A stretch of 64,000 nt of DNA from Eledone cirrhosa (GCA_964016885.1 OZ024741.1:83824001-83888000), one strand, 5' to 3'; positions 12,300-28,875 are shown, numbered from the stretch's first letter. The notes: generated by a model not told the origin, from the letters alone. Translations and numbers: made by a program.

Positions 12300-15235
12300 G
12301 ATATTAATAAATGGAAACTATATTTATAAAACCATATTTATTTCATTATACATATTTCAGGGATACCAAATTAAAATATGGTATGCCTTCATCAGACAAA
12401 ATACAATATATAAGCAGTTTTATAAATAAATTTGACGTACCCTATTAAATGCAACCATTATTTTTGGAAGCTGTCTGGATAGTGAAATGTTTATATTATT
12501 TTATTAGTTATAGTGTTATGCACAATTAGAAAAAGACGGAGAGAAAGAAAGACAAAACGGAGAGAGAGAAGGCGAGAGAAAAAGAAGGAGAGAAATGTAT
12601 GTAGAAAAGAAAGAGATAAATAGATAGGAGGAAATAAAAAGAAAGAAAAAAGGAAGAAATAAGAAAAACAAAGGAAAGCAACAGAGAGATAATAAGTCAT
12701 CATACAGATAGAAAAACTCAAGAGAGAGAAAATACTATATAGAGAGAGGGGGAGATAGTGACAACTTTACGTCATGTCATATTAAGTTGAGTTAACAATT
12801 TATATGAAATGAATAATAAAAATATAAATATCAATATTCATGAATGGGACATAGATATATAATATGAGAAAATAACATTGTTCAATAATGACCATATGTT
12901 TAGTTTAAAAACTTGAGATCAATATACCAAAATCTGAGTTAAATCCTTCAAAAAAGTACCCTATTTATAAAAATCAGGATACAAATATGTATATATATAT
13001 ACACACATATGCACGTCCTGAAAATAGAAATAATGTCTACTCAAGCCAATAATATAGACACACAAGGCGCAAATGATTTCACTTGATGACTGCTATACAC
13101 TTCTTGTGTTATAGAAAGTTCACAGTATATATACATAAATATACGATTAATATTCATGTCCTCATATATACGATTACCATTCATGTATTTAATATTATGC
13201 ATATCTGCAACATACATCGCATATACACACACACATATATACACATACATATGTATAAATAAATAAATAAATATCTGCGTGAGTCTTCCAGCATCGCTCA
13301 TGTATATATACATACATATATACAAACACATAAATAAAACCTATAACACTTTTATATGCATGTTAATACACACATATGGCATTTGTATAGAGATAATCAA
13401 ATATCAATACATTAATATAGAAATATCAAAGCATTAAATATCTTTAAAACACTATAGAGTATCTCAAGTTAAAATAATATGTTTTATATGTTTAGTATAG
13501 AAATGTATCCTACCTATATCTCAAACAAGATATTGAAAGGGTAGACTTATCAAAGTTATTAGAAGCTATCAGAGTCAAAACAAATGAACAAAATAAAAAT
13601 AATTTAAAAGATTTAGAAGACCCAGTGATTCTACGGATAACCTTATATTTAGTATAGAAATTTATCTTACGTATATTTTATTTAATACATTTAATACACA
13701 TATCCAAACAAAAAATCTTCAACTTCGCTATCTAGCCTACTCTGGCACCTTAAACGAGATAATGTTAAATATTCGATGAATTGGAATATTATTTCACAGG
13801 GTACTCCTTTTAATTCCTCTTCAGAAAATTGCGATCTTTGTATAGAAGAAATATTCTTTATATTAAAGTCCAAAAATTCAATTAATTTAAGGAGCAATTT
13901 ATTCAGTTGCTGCAGACATAGATTGAACTCAACGTTTAAATATAAATATAAATTTAAAATGTAGTATAATTAATTAAGAAATTTAGTTAATATATGAAAC
14001 TTGTCGATAAATCATTAGATTCCTTCACCTTTTCATTTTATACTTTCTTCCTAAATATAAACAAGGATATAATAAACTACTCTAAAATGTATATGCTCCC
14101 AATGTATTAAATAGGTTTTATTTATGTGTTTGTATATATGTATGTATATATACATGAGCGATGCTGGAAGACTCACGCAGATATTTATTTATTTATTTAT
14201 ACATATGTATGTGTATATATGTGTGTGTGTATATGCGATGTATGTTGCAGATATGCATAATATTAAATACATGAATGGTAATCGTATATATGAGGACATG
14301 AATATTAATCGTATATTTATGTATATATACTGTGAACTTTCTATAACACAAGAAGTGTATAGCAGTCATCAAGTGAAATCATTTGCGCCTTGTGTGTTTA
14401 TATTATTGGCTTGAGTAGACATTATTTCTATTTTCAGGACGTGCATATGTGTGTATATATATATACATATTTGTATCCTGATTTTTATAAATAGGGTACT
14501 TTTTTGAAGGATTTAACTCAGGTTTTTTTTTTGAAGGATTTAACTCAGATTTTGGTATATTGATCTCAAGTTTTTAAACTAAACATATGGTCATTATTGA
14601 ACAATGTTATTTTCTCATATTATATATCTATGTCCCATTCATGAATATTGATATTTATATTTTTATTATTCGTTTCATATAAATTGTTAACTCAACTTAA
14701 TATGAGATGACGTAAAGTTGTCACTATCTCCCCCTCTCTCTATATAGTATTTTCTCTCTCTTGAGTTTTTCTATCTGTATGATGACTTATTATCTCTCTG
14801 TTGCTTTCCTTTGTTTTTCTTATTTCTTCCTTTTTTCTTTCTTTTTATTTCCTCCTATCTATTTATCTCTTACTTTCCTACATACATTTCTCTCCTTCTT
14901 TTTCTCTCTCCTTCTCTCTCTCCGTTTTGTCTTTCTTTCTCTCCGTCTTTTTCTAATTGTGCTTAACACTATAACTAATAAAATAATATAAACATTTCAC
15001 TATCCAGACAGCTTCCAAAAGTAATGGTTGCATTTAATAGGGTACGTCAAAATTATTTATAAAACTGCTTATATATCGTATTTTGTCTGATGAAGGCATA
15101 CCATATTTTAATTTGGTATCCCTGAAATATGTATAATGAAATAAATATGGTTTTATAAATATAGTTTCCATTTATTAATATCGTATATCTACTCCCAAAA
15201 CTTGTCGAGTGCTTTATATCAGTTATAAAATATTT
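12297..15235 (+). mobile_element. 5'-truncated Hydra-like PLE: GIY-YIG C-terminal remnant (about 13690-13964), 3' pLTR, and a 1.05-kb inverted pLTR copy
   Basis: 12297-13344 is the near-perfect reverse complement of 14111-15187; ORF WNIISQGTPFNSSSENCDLCIEE..CRH aligns with the C-terminus of the 15.4-kb PLE. Confidence 0.8.
15080..15142 (+). ncRNA. Hammerhead ribozyme in pLTR (mirror copy at 12340-12402, minus strand)
   Basis: AUUUUGU-CUGAUGA-AGGCAUACCA..UGGUAUCCCU-GAAA-UAUGUA-UA-AUGAAAU. Confidence 0.75.
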
Positions 15236-15270
15236 ACTTGTTGTATCCCAACAATTTTAAATAGAACTTT

Positions 15271-15315
<45 letters not shown>

Positions 15316-15380
15316 GGAAAAAGTACGTTGAGTGCTTGAATTGAATTGCATCAATGTTTACCCTAATATCAATGTTTACC

Positions 15381-15450
<70 letters not shown>

Positions 15451-15465
15451 AAAACTTATTTCTCC

Positions 15466-17580
15466 TTGAAGAACATCCCTATCCCTCCAAGGAAACTATA
15501 CTTAAAAACACTCATCAGACGTACCGACGAGTTCATCAAGCGAATTAGATGGAGGGCCTTCTTCCTCGACAACCCTGATGTAGCATCTACCAATGATGAG
15601 AAATTCGGCTTCAAAACGAATAAGATACCACCCACCAACAGCCTACTCCAACCATTTGAAGAAGACCTCTTCAAGTTGATCAAGGATATTAAATTCCGTA
15701 GAGCCATCACACCATTCCAGGCCTACTTAAATGCCGAATTACGGAATATAAAAAAATCTCCTAATCTTTATGTCTCCTCCGATAAAACCAAAAACGTTTA
15801 TGAGGTAGACCCACAGACCTACAATAAGCTGGCAAAAAATACCATCACGACCACCTACAAAAAGGTAATAGAGAGGGCACTGACTGAGACAAACGCGGCC
15901 GGAAAAGAAATCGCCAAGTCCCTTAAGTTACACGACCGAACCGAACCTTTAAGGGTAAAGACCCCGCACTTTACCCTGAAGGACCATAAGGGAAATTTCC
16001 TCAACAAACCATCAGTCAGACTTATCAACCCCACTCGTTCTGACATCGGCTCTATCAGTAAGAAGATCCTGGATAGAGTTCTACCATCATTGCGGGCAGC
16101 CTCACCACTTCCACTCTGGAGCAGAACATCTGAGGCAATATCATGGTTCCAAAAATTACCCGATAAACACCACACTCGCTTCCTGAAACTCGACATAGAA
16201 AACTATTATGCCTCTATCTCGGAGCCCCTCCTGAAGGACGCAATTAACTTTGCCAGGAATTTTACCACCATTACCGATGCTGAGCAAGTTGTTATCCTCC
16301 ACGCTCGTAAGACCTTTCTATACCACGATGGATCTTACATGATCAACAAGAAATCTCAGACCCCATTTGACGTTAGCATGGGGGCGAGTGACTCGGCTGA
16401 AATTAGCGACCTTGTGGGCCTGTTCATCTTACATAACCTGAAGAACCTCTTTACCGGCCTAACGGGAGGTTTATACCGAGACGACGGCCTCTTCGCTCTG
16501 CATAAGGTTAACCTCAGAAACACCGATGGGTTTCGGAAAAACTTAAGCACTTTCTTTTCTAATCTAGGATTTAGTATAACTATAGATTCTAATTTGACTA
16601 GGGCCAACTTCTTAGATGTCACTCTCGACGTAGATACTTCCCTCTATTACCCGTACCACAAACCTAACGAGTCCCTTAAATATATTAATGTTAATTCAAA
16701 CCACCCCCAAAACATCACTGATAACCTAGTAAAAAGCGTTTCTATTAGAATATCTGGCCTCTCCGCCAACAAAGATATTTTTAATGCATCTGCCTCCTAC
16801 TACAATGACGCCCTCGCCCGTAGCGGATTTAAAGATAAGATAACTTACCTAGAAACCACCGCAAGATTGCAGAGGAGGAATATACATAGGCAGATTAGCT
16901 GGTACAACCCTCCCTTCAATAGAGAGGTATCTACTCCGATAGCTAGGATTTTCTTCACTTTACTGAAATTACACTTCCCCATACAACATAGGTACCACAC
17001 CATCTTTAATAAGAACACAATAAGACTGTCTTACTCCACCACACCTAACCTAGCTAGGAATATAGCCAACCACAATTCTAAAAAATTAAATAAGCCAACT
17101 ACCTCCGAAACCAATCCCCGGACTGGGGCTCTATGTAATTGCCTAAATAAGGAAGCATGCCCAAATGAAAACAAATGCCTCACAAATGATATCGTATACA
17201 AATGCGATGTCATCTCAGGCGCCGAGGATTGCAAAAAAAACTTACATCGGCATGACCTCCAACAAATTTAAGACCCGTTGGTATGCCCATACCCACTCCT
17301 TCAGAAGACCGGATAAATCAAATCAGACAACACTCGCCTCCTACGTTTGGGACCTCAAAAGGAACTCCACCCCCTTCACGCTTAAATGGAAAATACTCCA
17401 GAAAGCGCGCTCTTACAACGGAGGACACAAGGGCTGCGACCTTTGTATTTCATAGAGCTACGAAATTTAATTCGCCAAGGGCCCGCTACTGAACAAACTC
17501 TCTGAACACTGCCCGAACTGCATGCACAAGAACTTTGCAACTTTCAAACACTTTAAGCCAGTGTTAAAGCCCGATGGCTA
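15466..17580 (+). CDS. Penelope-like element RT + GIY-YIG endonuclease (probably Hydra clade); frameshifts near 17235 and 17452
   Basis: 601-aa ORF with [39 protein letters not shown], CNCx5C linker, IVYKC; continues in the next frame with YIGMT..KTRWYAH..CDLC. Confidence 0.9.
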
Positions 17581-17619
17581 AAAACGACCTCCCCCTATTG
17601 GCCCCTATACCTCCTCCCC

Positions 17620-18800
<1,181 letters not shown>

Positions 18801-19251
18801 TGTCTATTGATTTTTGGCATATAGTTGATTAGTTTAAGAGAAGTTCGAAGATAATTGTAAGATATGCACTCAGTATTTTGAATCTGTCTACAGAATTCCC
18901 TAAACCTTTGTCACTTGGTAGAACCTTAATGATTTTAGCTTTTAAAGAATCTCCCTTTTCTTTAATTCTATCGACCATGACTGACCCCCCCACTGATCTT
19001 ATAGACATCTGTTAGCTTAAGAGAAACATAATGACAAGGAATGGTATGCCATCCGGAACCTGTTTATAGAATTCTGTCTGCCCTTGTTACTCTAAAAACA
19101 TAAATAAATAAAAATAAACTATAGCTTTGTAGAATTAGCTTTTAATGAATTCCCTTTTCTATCAATCAATGACCTACACCCATCCCACTCCCCACCCTCT
19201 CCTACCACTTGTAGAGACCTATAAATACCATTTTTTATTTTTTGATACCCA

Positions 19252-19300
19252 GATTCCTGATGATTTCTAAAGAATGAAACAGTTCTAGTCCTGTAGAATC
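19252..19300 (+). ncRNA. Hammerhead ribozyme, probably in the pLTR of the 15.4-kb PLE
   Basis: GAUUC-CUGAUGA-U-UUC(uaaa)GAA-U-GAAA-CAG(uucuaguc)CUG-UA-GAAUC; all three stems pair, GUA cleavage site. Confidence 0.8.
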
Positions 19301-19383
19301 TCATCTATATTAAAACCTTTATACTCTGCTATGTATTGAGTACCTTACTTACTGTGGTTACCTCCGATTCAACCCGGAATAAC

Positions 19384-20337
<954 letters not shown>

Positions 20338-20410
20338 TTGCGAGGTTTTTTATATGAAATCGTGTGTCGAAACAATTATTGCTATACTTGGGGACGGTCA
20401 TATTTGGGTA

Positions 20411-20644
20411 ATATTGCCAGAATCAATAACAGAACACACTCACTGTTTGGTTATTATGGGCAACGAAAGAACTTTAATAAACTATATATATGTGTTTGTG
20501 TCTATATCGTATTTGTATTTTTGACCATTGGTCAGTCAATGGCAACATTGAGGACCGAATATATTAAATTAACCGATATAAAAGACACAGAAGCGAAAAG
20601 CAACCAGACAGTGAGTGTGTTCTGTTATTAATTCTGGCAATATT
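20411..20644. repeat. Short element with about 42-bp terminal inverted repeats
   Basis: atattgccagaatcaataacagaacacactcactgt / acagtgagtgtgttctgttattaattctggcaatat. Confidence 0.7.
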
Positions 20645-20677
20645 ACACAAATACTACGCATATATATATTATATATA

Positions 20678-20720
<43 letters not shown>

Positions 20721-21494
20721 GAAAATGTATGACCCCGGCGGCATATATATATAAAGTGGAGAGACTGTGTGCTTACTGAAAACGAAGTCTTAGAAGATAA
20801 TCGGGACGTAAACAAGAAAAGAAACGTTTCCCTCCGTCAGCTGTTTACTACGGATCTTAGATGTTTCGGCGCTTAAAACAGAACAACGCTCCGTAGCGCG
20901 CCCATTGCCTTTTATCCATCAAAAGGGCATGAAGGAAAGAAGTGATAGTGAAGAGAGAGGAAGAAATAAAAAAGGTTAAAAAAAAAGGAAAAAACGAAAA
21001 ATCGAAGTAAACATACAGATACAAGGGGGAACACAGGACAATGGCATATGTATGTAAATAACCGAGGAGAAATAGATCAAGTTATAGCAGGCCCATGTGT
21101 ATAAGCAGTAATAACTGAAGAGCAAGGTTTTTCTGTGGCGATTCTCTACACTCACTTTATTGAGAATAGCCACGGAAAAACCTCCTCAGTTATCATATGT
21201 ATATATTGAGAAAGAGAGAGAGATTAAAATGTACAATACCGCCGGTGAACCCCGCAATTTCAACATGTACCCGTCAACGGCCTTCTTATTTTTAATTATA
21301 CTCACTATATATTTCATCATACTTCGCATATTTATTCTCCCCCCTCCTCTTTATCCTCCTCTCTCTCCCTATATATATATATATATATATAAGAAAAGTG
21401 TCAGGACCCCGACGGCTGAGCTCCGGCCGTTTCGACAGCTATTTCTGAAATAAATATATATGTATATATATATAAAAATATATTTATATATAAG

Positions 21495-21810
21495 AAGAAC
21501 AAAGTGAAGGTGTTACATAGGAGTTTTAGTGCTCATTCCTGGTTACAAATGCATCTCAAGCAGCCGGTTCATGTTCTGGGTTGGTATCCCAGACCAGACT
21601 CTCACTATGTCTGATTCTCAGACCTATGTTTACACAACACAAATTACATCAAATAATTGTGTTGTTGTGTTAAAACTGGTGTGAGGATCAGGCATATTTG
21701 GAGTCTGGTTTGGGATACCAACGCAAATCACAAGCCACTCTGCTTGAGATACATTTAAAAGCCGGAATTGAGCAATACATCTCCTTTGTAACACCTCCGC
21801 TTTAATCTTT
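21495..21810. repeat. Degenerate fold-back palindrome of about 315 bp
   Basis: aggtgttaca..tctcaagcag..gttggtatcccagaccagactc mirrored by gagtctggtttgggataccaac..ctgcttgaga..tgtaacacct. Confidence 0.75.
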
Positions 21811-21852
21811 AATGCACTCGCCTCTGCATCGAGTGGTGACTTACTGGATCAA

Positions 21853-21934
<82 letters not shown>

Positions 21935-21961
21935 ATGTATTTATATATATATATATATATG

Positions 21962-22822
21962 TATGTATTTATAGTATATTTGGCAATATACCGTATGTTT
22001 AATTAAAAACACTTTGAAGACCATACGCTATAGGTTTTAAAGTAGCGACTATGTCACTTACTTCTTTTCGGCGAAAGAAGGGAGAGGAGCTAACAATCTG
22101 TTTCACGCTGTTTGGCTATCATCAGAGGCACACACTCTCTGTTCCCGCCGAAAATTATAGAAGATGGATTCTTATAGAATTCCAGTAATGAACAGGAGCT
22201 GATTATACAGAGCGATTGTCGATCAAGCAAAAATTAGGTATTAGGATTGGTGCTCTGAAATAGCGATGCATACATGAATGTATGTATAGTATATTCAGCA
22301 ATATACCGTATGTTTAATTTAAAACATTTTGAAGACCATACGCTATCGGTTTTAAAGTAGTGACTATGTCACTTAGTTCTTTTCGGCGAAAGAAGGGAGA
22401 GAAGCTGACAGTCAGTTTCACGCTGTTTGGCGATCATCAGAGGCACACACTCCCTGCTTCCACCGAAAATTATAGAAGCTGGATTCTTATAGAATTCCAA
22501 TAATAATCAGGAGCTGATTATACAGAGCGATTGCCGATCCAGCAAAAATTAGGCATTAGGATTGATGCTCTGAAATAGCGATGTATACATGTATAGTATA
22601 TTTGACAATATACCGTATGTTTAATTAAATCGCCAAACAACGTGAAACAGACTGTTAGCTTCTCTCTCTTCTTTCGCCGAAAAGAAGTAAGTGACATAGT
22701 CACTACTTTAAAACCGAAAGCGTATGGTCTTCAAAATGTTTTTAATTAAACATACGGTATATTGCCAAATATACTATACATGCATTCATGTATACATCGC
22801 TATTTCAGAGCACCAATCCTAT
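21962..22822 (-). mobile_element. Retrozyme-like element: about 310-bp unit x2.1 in tandem plus inverted partial copy (22630-22822)
   Basis: aatataccgtatg recurs at 21985, 22300 and 22607; HHRs on minus strand at about 22089-22129 and 22404-22444 (CUGAUGA-U-CGC(caaaca)GCG-U-GAAA-CUGACU-GUC). Confidence 0.75.
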
Positions 22823-22892
22823 ACCATATATATATATATATATGAGCATTGTTTTTTAAGGACACGTAGTCACACACACACACACAAACACA

Positions 22893-22995
<103 letters not shown>

Positions 22996-23009
22996 ATGCA
23001 TGTAGCTAC

Positions 23010-23120
23010 AGCTTTGATCTTAAAATCGTGAGGTTGTGAGATCGATTTCGGGTCCGGGAGACGCGTAGTGTCCTTTTGCAAGACATTTTATTTCACGATG
23101 CTCCAGTTCACTCAGCTCTA
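23010..23120 (+). mobile_element. Degenerate tRNA-derived SINE of a second family; related fragments at about 23690-23830 and 33960-34100 on the minus strand
   Basis: B-box-like gagatcgattt followed by gtgtcctt..gcaagaca.tttatttcacg.tgctccagttcactcagct, shared with the 34030-34100 reverse complement. Confidence 0.55.
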
Positions 23121-24375
23121 GATAACACCATTCGCAAAGAGATGGGAGACTAGTATGCATACGTGACTGTTTGGTACACCTATACAACCTCGAGTCCAAA
23201 AACCTTAGCCAATAGGCTACACGGCTTTACTGAGTCAGCTTTATCCGTTTCTTTTATCTTTGCTTTCAAAGTATATTTACATATTACGCAAGAAATAAGC
23301 TATTAAAATATGCGGTAAATCTATGGAGGAGTAAAGATATAGTTCAAATTATAGAGCAAAGATACTAAGTTATTGCGTTAATATATTCATATTCTATTGA
23401 TTCCATATATCATTAAAAAAAATCAATGCATATGAAGTTTCTAATAGCACACCATGCTCCAAAAGAGTCGTAAGTTCTGTGCTGGAAACATAAAGCATAC
23501 GGTAGATATGCATAGGTTGGATATAGAATGAAATGGACTTCCGTCGATTTCACGATGAATGTTCCAGTTCTTCGATTAATGAATCGGCTTGCTCATGAAA
23601 TTAATGGGTAAATGCTTGATCATTCCACAGACACGTGCACTTTTTAAATGTTCCCATGGCGAAACAGTGGGAGAATGTGAGATAAGACTGGCTCATTGAT
23701 TTACAGCTCAATGAACTGGTGTGACGTCAAATATGGTGCCTTGCCGAAGGTCATGACGTGTCGCCACAAATAGAAACTATGATCGCGCTCTAAACACTCT
23801 GATCACGAAGCCACGCTAACTCACAATAGGCTAATACAAAGAATATATAGACCAGAGAACATATTACACCAATATCTAATTTATAATTCAAATATATTTC
23901 AATTCATGTATGAATATTCATGATTTTCTTCATTCTCCTACTGTTCAGAATTTCACAATTACGTCTTATCTCGCCGAAAAATAAAGATTTGTTTTTGACA
24001 AAGGAACACAAGAAAAAAAAAAAGCCTATTTAGTAACGTTTATTTGTATGATATTTGTAGTCGCTTTTATTAATATTCTTTTGTGTGTAAAGTGAAATCA
24101 TGGATTGCCGGCCTATAACATTTTGTATTGAACACACTGTAAAACTTCTTGATTAATGTTATACAAACTTCAAATATCACGTATCATTATCATCATCACA
24201 ATTATCGTCGTCGCCAGACAAAGCATTCGCCAAATTGTTGAGATCTCTGCCAACATTTTCTTCGGAATATAAACCTAATACTGTGCTCCTATGCATTGAG
24301 TACTCATTCAGTTGATGTTTGAATGTTTTATGTACACTCATAGGTAAAACACATACTTCAGTGTATATATATATA

Positions 24376-24465
<90 letters not shown>

Positions 24466-26279
24466 ATATATATGTTATATACATACTGGATATTTATAAA
24501 TGTAAGATTTATGGGTTTTCATGAAATACATTTTATACAAGTGTCTCTGTTTGGTAATTCCATAAATATGTATGGTATATTTGCTGCGGCAATTGCATCT
24601 GTGCAGAAATAGAATATAAGCAAAATACACTCGACTAAAGTATGGCTAGAAAGAGATTGGGAACAAAAACAAACAGAGAAACAGAGAGAGGAGAGCGATG
24701 TGCTAATAATATATGAGATTAAGATTCCTTGGACTAAGCTGTACGGTATCACTTGGGAAATGAAATTTGAGCTGCTTAATGCTTCGCCATTCACTTGATC
24801 TAAACTCTCTGACATGACATATTGGCAGCAGAACAGAATAGATTTTGCGCTGTTATAGTTTCTATATATCCTCAAGAGAATTGAGGAAGAAAGATTTTAA
24901 GATAGACCCGCTTCAATCTGTAATAGATATAAGTAATTTAAAATCAACTAAAGGAAGTGGGGATGTAAAAGTAGGGAAAAAAGAGGAAACATAGAAAACT
25001 GATAGAGAGCAGTTGGTAATGTTGTCATTTAATTGAGGATATCAGTTGAAAAATACATGAAAGGCCTGAGGTAGTTGACATTCTTCAGTGTCAAACGTTG
25101 TGTTATTTAGTCCCACATGTAGCTTCGTCAAGAAGCAATGATACTTACACTTGCCAAAGAATGGAAAGAATGGGAAGCACTAAATAATGAAAGAAGGATG
25201 CAAGAGAATAGCACTTCTTTGTTTGAAGCAATGTTCCAGTTATAGTAACAACAAAAACAACACCTGCAGCAGTAGCAGCAATAACAACAAAATCAAAAAA
25301 ATAGGCAAACACAGTATCAACTTCAAGAATTATACACTATCAGATATAGCAATAACATTTTATTTAATTCACACTCTGCCATCCTGTAAATTGTAATGTG
25401 TAAGACTACTCTCACAGTGTAGAATATATAATAACAACAATATTAAGATGGGATTATTCATGGCTAATATATTTTAGATCAGAGTTTTCCATGTTGGAGT
25501 TACCTCTCACTCACACACTTTTATCACAGAATATATTTTATCCACACTCTCCATTGTAAAGTGGATTTAAACAAATATGTATTGAACATTTAATTTTTAT
25601 ATTTGCTAATATTTTATTCCTTGCGCATATATTGAATAATTAAAGGTGAAGGAATAGCGTGCAAATATTAATTTGCATTCTTTGTCCCTTTCCTACTTCA
25701 CAACTCCTTGTTTCCAGCGACCTGTTACAACGCCATTGCTTTCTGTTGTCAGTGTTCAGTCTCCTAGTACTTTGAGAATCACTGCTTTCGACCATAAATT
25801 TGCTTAATCATGTTTGATTTGGAAGGTAAATAAAGTAAATACCTATAATAACGTTTTCTAATTTCGGCTCAACTCCAGATATTATGGCGGTAATGATGAT
25901 GTCGACGACGAAGGTGACAACGACGATGATCCTGTTGATGATGATGATGATGATAATGATGATGATGACGGTGGTGGTGGTGGTTGTGGTGATGGTGGTG
26001 ATGGTGGTTACTCAATGAATCTATTAGTAACACCATCAGAAATAAGATGAAAGGAAGCAAAAGAATGAAACGAAAATAAACAAAATAAATATAAGATTCA
26101 ACATAAAACCAATGTGTACTGTCATTTTTGCGTGATGCAAAAATTAATGTATTCATAGAACACATTCAAAAATTATAGATAGATAGAGAGATGGTTAGAT
26201 AGACAAATAGACAGATAAATAGACAGAAAGATGGATAGATAGTTACATAGATGTTTTGAGAGATAAATAGTGAGATAGG

Positions 26280-28875
26280 GTATTGGCAGCAGATGGATCT
26301 TCTCACCAAAGGAGCCCGCTTCTTCCAAATGAATTGGAAGAGAGCATGCTCCATTTTGGGGAGAGTTTTGGCTGAGCAAGCTACGACGGTCAAGCGGTAG
26401 TAGATGGCGGACGCTATAAAAGTGTTCGCCACCTCCGCTCGACCTTTCAAGGATAGTTTGCACTCGGCCCACTTCTGGGTGAGTGCAAACATCTTGGCCG
26501 TCACTTCGTTCCAGTTCTTCTCCACCTGGAGGTCCGGACCAAACCAGACCCCGAACAGCTTTACCGGTCCTTCCGTCCAGCGTCCGACGACGCATCGGAA
26601 GGCATCGGTCTGCCTCTCCACGATCCGAGTTGCAAACCGATGGACCTGTCCCGGTTCAGCTTCGCTCCTGTGAAACTTTCGTATTCCTCCAGTAAGGTGC
26701 CGACTTCCTCGATTTGCGAGGTGCTTGACACCACTACTGTTACATCGTCGGCGTAGGCCGACGCCGCTTTCCGCAGTCCCGGTTCCAGAGGGATGCCCTG
26801 CAATAGCTCCAACTTCCGCAGTAGTGGCTCGAGAGTCAGTACGTACAGAAGGGAGGAGAGAGGGCATCCCTGTCGAATGGATCGCGTAATATGGAACGGC
26901 TCCTTGAGGTAGCCGTTCACCTTGAACCTTGAGCAGATGTTGCTGTTGTGCATTGCAGCAATCCAGCCCCTGAACACGGGTCCGAAGCCTGCTGCCTCGA
27001 GCACCGCATCCAGGTAACGATGGTCAACCCTATCGAAAGCCTTAGACTGATCCAAGTTGATCAGGGCCCCACCGAAGCCGGGTTTACACCCTACCCTCTC
27101 TATGATGTATCGCATGAGGTGGAGGTTGTCGTGTATGGACCTGGTCGGGATTGCGCATGTCTGCGCTTCTCCCACCAGGTTCTCGGCGACAAGCGCCAGC
27201 CTCTTTGCCAACACCTTGGCCAACATCTGTAACTCTGTGTTTAGCAGAGTTATGGACCTTATTCTCGTCCTTCCTGATTAGTGTGACCACGCCCCCGATT
27301 ACAGAGCTGGGAATTCTCCCGTTCTGTTGCCAGTTGCAGTAGACCGCTTCCAGGAGACCGGAGAAAAGGTCCGGCATTGCTACGTAAAATTCGTAGGGTA
27401 GACCGTCGAGACCTGGAGATTTGCGTTTGCCGCATTGGCTCAGCGCGTCCCCTATCTCAGCGGCTGAAATCGGCTTTTCGCAGAACTTTGCCTCGCTGTC
27501 CGAGAGTCGCGGTATGCCGACGAGGTATGGACCGAAATCCATAGCCCCTCCCGGCGCCCCCCCCCCGAACAGTTGAGCAAAGTGCCGCTGAAAGGCCGCA
27601 CACATCTGCTTCGGGTCACGTATAACGCGTCCGTTTTGGTCCTTCAAAGACCGAATCGTGGACTTGTTACCACTTTTTGCCTCCGTCACTCGGGCCCAGC
27701 TAACAGCTTTGGCTCCCTCGTTTCCCAGAGCACGTATTTTGCTTCTGACAACGCAGCCCTCGTGCTTTGCCTCGAAGAACTGGTCCAAGGCCGTTCTCGT
27801 TGCTAGCACGCTGGCTACGTTGCCACTTCTAATTGCCTCTTCTACTTTATCTACCAGTTCCTTCTCGGTTCTATTTCTATCTAACGCTAATTCTTTACTA
27901 AAAACTATCGAGTCTAATCTAACTGCCCTCTTGAGAGAGTACCACCATATGTTGTTGACAATGGCCCCTGTCAAGTGCTGTTTAACTAAAGTGCTAATCC
28001 GTCTACTGTAGGCTTTGCTTGTCGGTAACGACAAGTTCAGCTTCCAGTAGCCGGGTCCTTGTCTATGGGTTCTATCAAGGTTGACCATGCAGGTCACTAG
28101 TTTGTGATCTGAATAGGCAAACATGAACATTTGTGGACAGCTTAACATGTCCCTATCCTTATTTCTAACTAGAGCCCTATCTAGGTACGATCTAGATGTT
28201 CCGCTACGATTACTCCACGTCCACAGTGGCGCAGTCGGAAAATCTAGTCGATCTCTATCGGCCAGGTCAAATCGGTCGATTAACTGTTTGAGGCTGTTAC
28301 ACTCCCCTTTATCGGGACATGCTCCCACATAGTCCCAACGTGCATCTAGGATTCCATTCCAGTCCTCCACTAAAAGCAAGGAGCGGGACGTTCCCAGAAA
28401 AGTCTCTAGACGTTTGAAGAAGTCTGGCCGCGGTGTCCCGGATGGGGCATATGCGGCCACCAGCCTGAAGGCTCCACCTTCACTACCTTCAACGTCTAGG
28501 ACCACCAGTCCACCCTCCGGGTCCAGATGTACCGTCTGTGTTACGAGGCACAGGTGTTTCCGCAGCAAAACGGCAAGTCCGCCCCCACCCCCCGGTTGAC
28601 AGAGAGATGCGTAGATCTCAAAGTCATCGAAGATGGGGGCCAGCTGTCGCTCGCTGTGGATCCTGGACTCGCAAATGGCCACCACATCCATACTGTGCGA
28701 CCTGAGGTCGTTTAAGAGTTTGCCCTGTTTCCAGGGCATCCCCAGGCCGCGTACGTTCACACATCCAACTCTTATATTGGCCATGTTGGTGCTGAAGAGT
28801 TAAAAGAGGAAAAGAGATCACTCACCCTTTCTCTCCTGGGGACCAGGCTGCACGATTTCCATGGGGGTGTTGGTG
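26280..28875 (-). mobile_element. Tx1/L1-clade LINE ORF2 (APE endonuclease + RT), disrupted, 3' end missing
   Basis: CVNVRGL, ICESR, DWN, SYLDR, SDH, GYWKLN, KSPGLDGLPYEFY, LDQSKAFDRV, RQGCPLS, AYADD; bounded by (GATA)n. Confidence 0.9.

Noticed and set aside
13041-14991. Duplicated 96-aa and 76-aa ORFs on opposite strands
   Set aside because: Low-complexity translations of the inverted pLTR arms
25869-26165. His-rich ORF
   Set aside because: Derived from (GAT)n and (GGT)n trinucleotide repeats
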